This document shows, one piece after another, positions 12,105 through 20,614 of a stretch of 21,490 nt of DNA. The DNA is from Vermamoeba vermiformis (lineage: Eukaryota): the NCBI GenBank assembly GCA_045837725.1, contig JBEWZL010000294.1:310001-331490 (forward strand), written 5' to 3'. Below the pieces are notes generated by a model, which saw only the letters and a program-made list of their open reading frames with translations, was not told the origin of the DNA and ran no database searches. Numbering within the stretch: the stretch's first letter is position 1; each line of letters opens with the position of its first letter. The position numbers were made by a program, and so were the translations under genes.

Positions 12105-12339
12105 AAATTGAACTCTCATGTGTTTATATGTAAATAAAGTTATTAATTGTCGCGTTTTTGCTCCGACGAATTTTTTTCGCCTGCTTTTTCTTTTTTTGTG
12201 ACCGTTATTTTATAACCCCCCTTTTTAAATTATTATCGTTCAAAGCACCACGCAAATTGTAAATTACAAACTCATTACCTTCGTCGGTCTCTTGGCGATT
12301 AATCAAAGACATAAAGCTCAATCCAAATTGCAGATCAAA

Positions 12340-14081
12340 ATGTTTGGCAAATTAAAACATTCAAAAAAAGGATCGAACGACACAAAGCCACACACATCTA
12401 AAGATGGATTTTTTGGTCATCCATTGGGAGAGAAAGTCGTACCAAAAGTACGCGTATTTCTAGACGATTGTATCGATTTCCTTTTAAAACGAGGTTCGTA
12501 ATTGAGTTACCTTGGAAAAGGCTTATTAATAATTATTTAAATAAATAGGAAGCGAAGAACCTGGAATTTTTAGAATTTGTGGGTCGGATCTTCAAGTTCG
12601 CGAGATGAAAAAACTTGCTGACAAAGGTATTAATTTTCTATTTCAAATCACGTCTAATGTCGTATGTATATTTTGCGGCACTAATAATATTTGTGGCTTC
12701 TATTGCGAAGATCGGCGATCTAACGATCTCCGTTGAATAGGCAAATTGAAATTGAAAGATAATTTCGACGTCCACAATGTAGCATCGTTATTCAAGATGT
12801 ACTTTCGGTAAATACGAAGAAAATAATTATTAAATCGACGATTGAATTGATGTAATCATTTTTAATTGATACAGAGAGATGGCTGAACCGTTATTGACCT
12901 TCGATTTGTACGAACAATTTATTGCGGCACATTGTACGTAAAACGATTTTGTCGTAATTCCATAAACGATAACTAACAGGTTATTGCAGTATCCTCGCCC
13001 GCTCACCGCGCAGCTGAAATTGCCTCGGTGATCAACAAATTGCCGACGCATAACAAAGAAATATTCACCAAAGTCTGCTTCTTCTTAAGCAACGTAAGTA
13101 GACAACGGAACACCTAATTTAAATAGCCAGGCCATAACTCTTTCCCAACTAGCTTGCACAACACAAACAGAAGAACTTGATGGACGAGCGCAACTTGGCC
13201 ATCGTATTCTCCCCTGCATTTCTACGTGCGCGACACGAAACCCCTGAAAATATTATCGGTGACGCACCGCATACTACAGGATTGATTGCGACAGTTATCG
13301 TGGATGTGGAGTTCTTCCTTGGCTTGAAGACACCACGCACAATCGATAGTCAACCAAAATCAACGCCGCTTACCGAATCTGTGTGCAAAGTAAGGAGAAC
13401 ATATTTAGTGGACACAGAAGATTAAGATTAATTTTTAAAGGACCGTATGCTACGGCATAGACAAAAAAGTATGGCAACGATACAAGTCATGCGATCGAAG
13501 TTACGCGACGAGCAGAAGGTAGACGATGGTGTCATTAACAAGCAACTTGAAGAATTATCTAAGAAGATTAAAGACGGTGCGTAATTATTCACGTTCTACT
13601 GGTGCTTCGATTTCTAATTGTAACAGGTGATTATCACTCCATCGAAATTGAGAAAGACGAGCAAGTGCCCAGTGAGCCAACACCACAGAACCCTGCAGTA
13701 TTGTCTGCGAAGTCACAAGGGCGATTCTTGCAACGCAAAATATCGTTCCAGGTTGGAGTTAACGTGACCAAGATTCCATCAAAACCAGTTATTGAAGTGC
13801 CTGTTGAGAGTAAACCAGCAGAACAAACGCCGACTGGTTCGCCAACAAAGGCACGGCAAACTAGTGACAGCTCTAATGAAAGTAGTGACAGCGACGTATT
13901 TGACGATGCAATTTTTGACAAGTTTGAACAACCTGAAGAGCTCAATCCTGACGATAACGAAGGGTGGAATTTGCTGCAACTGATTTACAGCAAGATCCAA
14001 AATCCGTACTTGAAACCTGCGAATCCAGAAGAGGATTTGCAAGTCAAAATGTTAAGCCTACTGTTAACAGACGACATGTAA
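12340..14081 (+). CDS. RhoGAP-domain protein with acidic/Ser-Pro-rich C-terminal tail, 7 introns
   Basis: Spliced translation gives FFGHPL...DCIDFLLKRGSEEPGIFRICG (arginine finger, AGA 12572-12574), DVHNVASLFKMYFREMAEPLLTFDLY, INKLPTHNK and NLMDERNLAIVFSPAFLR. TAA at 14079-14081. Confidence 0.92.
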
Positions 14082-14149
14082 ATACGAGGAACACAAAAGC
14101 TGTTGTTAGTCGACTCGATTCTTTTTCCGGCGCCACGCAAAATCAGCAA

Positions 14150-14223
14150 GCCAGCGTAGCTCAGTTGGTTAGAGCGTTGGATTCATAACCCAGAGGTCGT
14201 GAGTTCGAGCCTCACCGCCGGCA
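14150..14223 (+). tRNA. tRNA-Met (CAT), elongator type
   Basis: GCCAGCG-TAGCTCAGTTGGTTAGAGC-G-TTGGA-TT-CAT-AA-CCCAG-AGGTC-GTGAG-TTCGAGC-CTCAC-CGCCGGC-A. G1:C72 and the TTC T-loop indicate elongator rather than initiator. T8 terminator follows. Confidence 0.93.
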
Positions 14224-14406
14224 GCATTTTTTTTGCTTTTTGCCCTGGCTGAGACTACTTCTTTGCACTTTGGCGAGCAGTTGAGCACGGAGCGAACGAC
14301 AAGTAGTCGCGAATTTAAATCAAGCAACCTCAGTTCGGTCTTATTTTCTAATATACTCCGGAAAATTGTTGCCAAAAAAAGTTTAACTTTAAAGCACAGC
14401 AAAACG

Positions 14407-15601
14407 ATGGGCAACTCATCTAAAAAGGTAACTATAATTATTGAGAGTTTTAGTTCTCACTGTTAATTAATTGATTAGGACACGATTGACCTGTTCACGA
14501 TCGGAAACGAGCCTAATGGGCTAACATCCAACCAACGGACCTCTGATAGCCTGAAATTAGTAGTATTAGGCTCTTCCAAAGTAGGAAAATCTTGTCTAAT
14601 CCTCCGATACGTTGCCGGCCGTAAGTTAATTGAATAAATAAATAATATTTTTAATTTAATTAAATTTCTCTTTCACGCAGATTTTCTCGCAGAATGGGAG
14701 GCTACAGTCGAAGAGAGTAAGCACTCGTCTATATATTTTTAAAAGATTTTTGATCCAAGCGTCAAATCATTTGGAAATTCCAACCGATTTTATTTTCATT
14801 TATTGCCTTAGTGAGCACTTCATAGTAACGTATTTTAAGGCTTTAGAAAAACGGCGTTAGTGGACAATATGCACGTACTACTGGAGATTTTGGACACGGG
14901 CGGAGAAACCGAGTTTCAAGCAATGATGGATCAATATGTACGTTAGATATACTTAAAATAGCAATACTAAAGATATAATCGTGCTATCTTTGGTTATTTA
15001 TTGACTAATCCAAATTTTCAAACAGATGCGGGTTGGCAGCGGCTTTTTAGTTGTTTATAGTGTGACTGATCGCCAATCGTTCGATAAGTGCGCTGACATA
15101 TACAAGCAGATATTAAGGTACGTATATTTACACCACATTTTGTTTTCAATCAAGCAAGATCCGTCAAGCCTTAATTCGGATCTCAATTATCCCCGCATTT
15201 AATTCAATAACACTCGTCAAATATCCTTATCGAACTATATGTCATACTTAGGGATGTTAGTTGAGTCCTTAATTTAGATCTGCCACTCGAATTCTATTCA
15301 GTTCGATTTACAAGCCTTACAATAATTAAAAACAGCTTTTAACTAATACACTATAATTAGAGTGAAGGATGTCGATAGTGCCCCAATCGTGCTGATCGGA
15401 AACCAGTCCGATAATGAAAAAGAGCGACAAGTGCCCAAAGCACACGGCGAAGAGTTGGCCAAACAATTAGGCTGTCCATTCTTCGAAACATCAGCCAAAG
15501 ATAAAATCAACGTCGATGCAGTGTTTGAACAATTGATTCAGGTGTGTTGGAAACAAACCCATGCCTCTCATGCGGGAGCACCTGGCGGTGGTAAAAAATA
15601 A
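14407..15601 (+). CDS. atypical Ras-family small GTPase A, 209 aa; exons 14407-14427, 14479-14620, 14681-14716, 14840-14937, 15026-15117, 15361-15601
   Basis: MGNSSKK...LKLVVLGSSKVGKS (G1), EWEATVEESFRK (switch I), [34 protein letters not shown] (G3), LIGNQSD (G4), FFETSAK (G5). All exon phases match; no CAAX. Confidence 0.92.
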
Positions 15602-15626
15602 CCTCTAAACTTTTGAACATCGATCG

Positions 15627-16585
15627 GTGGGCAACACGAGTAGTAGTAAGGTACACAAAAATTAAGAAATTAATCGCGTATGTATCGTAGTCCTAATTAA
15701 AGCTCGGTAGCACACTGATTCAAAAACGAATACACCGCACAAAATAGGGGTAATCGGAGATGTAAAGGTTGGAAAAACTGCACTAATTATGCGATTTGCA
15801 CTTGGCAGTAAGCATTCGTCAAGGAAATTAATTTTAAATTAGAAAATTGACGGTATTTTTCATCAGCATACGAGGGCACTCCAAGCGACGATTGTCGTGA
15901 GTAAAATCTAACTATTATCGTAGGTATTTACTAAAATTAATATTACAATTTTCGGTAGGATACGAACGATCTTTTGTTCTCGACGGATCAACGGTCTTTG
16001 CTTCAATTATCGATATCAATGCTATAGACTCTGGAAACATAGAGGCTGCAAGAGATGACCAACGCTTGAGAGAGTTTGTTGTACGTACAATGTACGCAAC
16101 ATCGATGCAGTAAAATTAACGGTAGATCTTGCAGACCCGACAGACCGAAGGAATTTTGCTTGTGTACGACATTACGAATAGGAAGTCGTTTGAATATTGC
16201 ACAACCTTTGACGAAAATCCATTAAGGTACTGTTTGTAAATAATTTGAATCTATTAAGCCGAAATTGAATTTTTAAACGAAATTAATAATCGGATCTGGC
16301 CTTACCTACCGAATAATTCACTTATTCTACATTTTTTCCTATAGACTGGCATTTAAAGATGACCCTGATAAGCCTATTATATTAGTTGGCAATAAGATAG
16401 ACTTGGATCATGCACGAGTAGTTTCTACGGCTGAAGCACAAAAACTAGCGAGCCTTAAGGGCTGGCATTTCTTCGAAACATCTGCAACAAAGACTGTTTA
16501 TGACTTAGACTCAATATTCAGCGAGACGTTACGGCAGATTGCGAAAGGTCACGTTAGCGGCGTTCAAAAATCCTCGAAAGGTTAG
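15627..16585 (+). CDS. divergent Ras-like GTPase B, ~201 aa, tandem paralogue with apparent GTG start; exons 15627-15650, 15711-15807, 15867-15896, 15959-16080, 16135-16226, 16345-16585
   Basis: (V/M)GNTSSSK...KIGVIGDVKVGKT (G1), IIDINA (degenerate G3), GILLVYDITNRKSF, LVGNKID (G4), FFETSAT (G5). Same five intron positions and phases as gene A. TAG at 16583-16585. The start codon is inferred from homology to gene A. Confidence 0.8.
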
Positions 16586-16674
16586 ATCGAACCCGAAAAA
16601 ATTATTAAAATACAACGGCCTATTGTATTTAATATTAGTGTGTTTTATAAATTGTAAATAAATTTATTTAATTA

Positions 16675-16898
16675 TTATTTATTGTCTAGTGCGATAAATA
16701 ACTTGGGAGGTAGATGTAACGTTGATTCTTTTTGAATAGTATAATGGGCTAGCGTCAAATGATTTTCTAATTGCCTACCACCATGTTCGAGTTTCTGCTT
16801 CTCGGTTGGATCGTTTGTAACGTCGTGGATCGTGTGATTCGGCTCGCCGACCTCCAAAGAAATTGTGTTCCATTGATTTTTTGCGTGAGGAAAATCAA
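16675..16898 (-). pseudogene. decayed ubiquitin-derived sequence
   Basis: LIFLTQKING / frameshift / TISLEVGEPNHTIHDV...[33 protein letters not shown] aligns to ubiquitin ([24 protein letters not shown]...[33 protein letters not shown]). No ATG, an internal deletion and no LRGG. Confidence 0.75.
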
Positions 16899-17424
16899 GG
16901 CAAAACGAAAAAAATGCACTTTTGCCTGAAAAAACCGCCGATCAGAGTCATTGATGAGTCAAGCTCGGAGGACTTGGATCGCCAGGTATTTGGCTAAGTA
17001 GAATATGGACGATGACAAAAGTTGGCTCCGTTGAAAGATCAGATGAACCAGATCACGTTTTTCTGTATGCTTGAAGCTGCAACCGTAGGTAAATACCTTA
17101 AGTTTTTATCATATAAAAAAGCGTCTATAAATTACCGATTGTCGATGTATACTTTTTGGGCTTCGCGCAGAAATCAATTATACGATGAAATAGATTTGGA
17201 ATTTAAAAAAAATCTTTTGAGGATTTAATCCCGCTTTCTGCACCGTGAAATTGGTTCGAATCATGCCAAAGACTTACGTAATTTTTTCTTATACTTAATC
17301 GCTATCAACAGAAGATCCAGATCGCACAAATCAAAATTCCGAACGAGTGACACTTCTTGATTGGGCCAAACTACGGCTTGTGGAACACACCATTATCATT
17401 GTCATTTTAGACGGAGAACCACCA

Positions 17425-18749
17425 ATGCCGAGAAAGGTAGGCCGAATGTCTCGCGGCTGTTAATAACTCGTATTTTGGACAGTCTGTAGTGCTAGCTGTG
17501 TGCCTCGTACTGTTGGTTACGTTAATCCTATCCAAGATTCGATGTGTTGAGCAATTCGACGGGCACGCGCTCCAAAGTAAGTTTAAACTAGACCGAACTG
17601 AAATTTAATAACAAAATCTACAGAGCACGATTCGCCTCGATTAGTGCGAGCATTTACAGCAGCTAATTTCACCGATGTGTCCAGTTTAAATGACACTACT
17701 ACAACACCTCTTAGTTCAAAAGTCAGTATTCCAGCTTCGAGTGCGCCACCTCCACCACCAGTTGCATCACCTCCTCCAACACCAACACCTGCAATCCCAA
17801 CATCCATTCCCATACCTCCAACTCCTGTCGTTTCACCTGTCCCCGTTCCATCTGCTCCACCAGTGGGAGTTCCGAGCGGTACCCCGTTCTCAAACTCGCG
17901 CAACTCGCTCGTTGTACCTATTCTCGATTGTGTCGTTGTTCAAAGCAGCGGCGAGTACAGTGCGTATTTCAGCTACGAGAACGAGGGTTCCGATCAGGTA
18001 CTAATACCAATCGGCAATGACAACAAGTTTAGTGCTCCTGCAGATGTAAGTTTAGACGTTTTAACCTTTCTTGATACTAACTTACATCTAGGACATTGGA
18101 CAGCCGACAACTTTTAGTCCTGGGCGCAGTGCCCTTTTTCCTGCCAGTGTATTTACGGCAGTTTTGTCGCAAGGCACTTCATGGCAGTTGACCAGCTATT
18201 TATTAGCAATTGATCCGCAAGATACTACAGTCCGTTGCAAAGAAGGTAATTGTTCATTTACATTGGTCACCTGTTTTAAAGTATTTCTCTAGATATCAGC
18301 TTAGTTGTTTCAGTGACTACAACGTTCCCATTCAACAGTTCATTTGTTGACGTCGTTACACAAGTAATAGCACAGCAGTTCAATGTTTCTGTTTCTTCAG
18401 TCAATGTGACCATCCTCCAACAACAAAACAATGCCTATGAAGTGCACATTGTTATTAATAGTAAGTTCTGTAACAAACAAATGATAGCAAGCTTACATTT
18501 TCAATTAAAGCTCCGAGCCGCCTTGTAGAGGCGATTAAGACTGCCAAAGAGATCATTTCAGACCCTGATCTACTTGAAGAGCCATTGAAGCAGTTATTGT
18601 CTCCTGACACTGGGGTTGTTGCAATACGTGGGGATCCAACTTTACCTGAGAGAGAGGGTGTGTTTGATGACAAATCCATGCCTTCATCCGCTTCATGGAT
18701 TTTTTCTGTTTGTTGGCCACTGCTTGCCATTTTCAATGTTGTAATGTAG
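17425..18749 (+). CDS. cell-surface glycoprotein (~362 aa): signal peptide, Pro/Thr/Ser-rich stalk, beta-rich domain, SEA-like segment, probable GPI signal; exons 17425-17436, 17483-17576, 17624-18045, 18092-18245, 18293-18460, 18511-18749
   Basis: Six exons splice in phase: MPRK|SVVLAVCLVLLVTLILSKIRC..., a PPPPPVASPPPTPTP stalk, PILDCVV...AYFSYEN...GQPTTFSPGR..., and a hydrophobic C-terminus SSASWIFSVCWPLLAIFNVVM*. Confidence 0.82.
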
Positions 18750-19124
18750 GTGTAGGGGGTGAAATAAATACTTACATTGGGTTTTCTCTGGATGCGTCAA
18801 GTGCTGAAAGATCTTGTTTCCTTTCGAATAGTGTTCATCACCAATAATAACGGCATGAATTAACCCTTTAATGACGGGGAAAGCGTGACGTTGACAAAGT
18901 TTGACTTTCTACGAAATTTCATAAAGAATTAATTTTATCTCGGCTCTATCGATAAATTTTTCGAGCCAATTACCACGACTATACTACATATATAGTTGTG
19001 TAAATATTATTAAATATTAAAAATTATTGTATCGGTTGCCAAAAAATTTGGTTTGACCGGTGTTTGACCGATCGTTTGTCACACTCTTCCCATCACTAAA
19101 GGGTTAATCTTTTTTCAAAATATC

Positions 19125-19571
19125 TTGGCACCTCTTCCCAACCAACCCAAGAGACGCAGCAATCAAAGTATTATATCTAACCGATTGGCGTTAGTAAATC
19201 TGCGCGAGATCAACCAGGATTATGTTTGGACTGATGAAAATGGAGTTCAAAAACTGAGATTCTGGAAAGGAGTAGTGCCAACAACACTACTCTCTGGTGT
19301 GCTTAGTAGCACTCGTTCAGTGATGCGCTATCTGATACAAAAGAACGAAGAACTCAAAGCAAGTGGCAAGGTGGAGAAGCTTCAAGATAATATACTGCAC
19401 TTTGGCAACTATCAGCCGTATTTCTTTATTACTAAGGAAACTAGAGTCGTTCCGAAGGCAGTGAGTTTTAACAACCACGAGCTCATCAATTGGCTTACTG
19501 AGCACTTCCACAAAAATTTCAACGATGTGTATGAAGAATACTGCAATTTAAATGTTCCTGATGTTATGTGA
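19125..19571 (+). pseudogene. ATG-less 148-codon ORF resembling the N-terminal half of a TET/JBP-type 2OG-Fe(II) dioxygenase, truncated
   Basis: Protein-like stop-free frame with VWTDENG..LRFWKGVVP, LHFGNYQPY and LINWLTEHFHKNFNDVYEEYCNL. Resemblance is from memory of fungal TET/JBP-like proteins and is unverified. Ends before any HxD motif; in-frame TGA upstream at 19065. Confidence 0.4.
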
Positions 19572-19664
19572 CTCATTCATATATGTAAAAGGGCTTGGCC
19601 ATATAGGGCTAGCCCTGCAGAACCTGACAATAAATAGAGATTTGAGTAGGAATTATGCGTGGTG

Positions 19665-19729
19665 ATTTTTACTTAGGAAAATTTTTACTTAGGAAAATTT
19701 TACTAAAGGAAATTTTTACTTGAGAAAAA
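19665..19729 (+). repeat. AT-rich minisatellite, ~16-bp unit, about 4 copies
   Basis: atttttacttaggaaa / atttttacttaggaaa / attttactaaaggaa / atttttacttgagaaaaa. Confidence 0.8.
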
Positions 19730-20443
19730 CTGATCCACCTGTGTAAGTTGGCGGATTATATGGCAGATTCCACAAGCCTCAGATCAGTAACCACTGAAAA
19801 ACAGATACAAATTTGATTGTAAACAGGAGTAATGCAAATGTAGAATTTATTTTGAGACAAAAACAAGAATAAAAAAACGCATAAACCGAAAGATAGAATT
19901 TAAAGTAAGGCAAGGAAACTGAAAAAGTTAAAGTAAAATAGGTGAATATTTATTAGAAAGAATGTTAGCAAAACCTACAACAGGAAAAAAGCAAACAAAA
20001 TTAAAAGGTCACTCGGACTCTTCATCCACTGGTTGACTGTTATTATTGCGTGTGGCAGCAGTCAAGGAGGGTGGGGACTCAAAGGAGTATCATCCAACTT
20101 ATAACGATTTTTGGCAGGAGTTAGTGGCTCTTCCACAGGACCAATCTTGTCACTAATGCTGGAACCAGTAAGCTGCGATAAAAGAGCAGTGCATTCTTCT
20201 GGTGTAGCTGCAGCACTATATATACTCTAGGGCTAAAATTTTTGCTAGGGTTTCTTGTGTATTGATTTTTTCAAATAAAAAACAAAAATTTCAAAACACA
20301 GTTAAAAAAAGCGTCCCCACTGAGGGGATGCTTTTAGAAAACCGTCCCCTGGGTGGGGACACTTTTGGCCTTTTTTCCTTTTATGGTAATGATAAATTTT
20401 AAAGCAAAAGAGAAGGCCTAAGAGCATAGCAATTATATACCCT

Positions 20444-20455
20444 TTAGGGTTAGGG
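20444..20455 (+). repeat. interstitial telomeric repeat (TTAGGG)2
   Basis: ttagggttaggg in the same orientation as the terminal array. Confidence 0.7.
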
Positions 20456-20614
20456 CTGGTGGGGCTGCGGTTGGGTGTGAGGCAAGTCAGCCACAGAGGC
20501 CAATCAAACATTTGTACAAATCAGCCGCCACCCATGGCCAATGTATGTGACATTAAATAAACAAGATGTTTGGAGTAGCCTGTATACTGGGAAATTGGTG
20601 CCTTAGTTGATAGC

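Noticed and set aside
15599-15629. Stop-codon readthrough fusing Ras A to Ras B
   Set aside because: The TAA and the GTG are 28 nt apart and out of frame; the GTAAAA donor at 15591 is phase 1 and finds no compatible stop-free acceptor.
16950-17330. Possible small gene around ORF 17022-17228 with a GTAAAT donor
   Set aside because: Could not build a coherent spliced frame or recognise a domain.
1-18749. Fragmented ORFs suggesting stop-codon reassignment or pseudogenes
   Set aside because: Every break I traced is explained by a short GT-AG intron in the correct phase; no in-frame stop remained in the spliced exons.
19560-20310. Apparent CpG depletion in the subtelomere
   Set aside because: The region is AT-rich and I cannot compute a reliable observed/expected ratio by eye.
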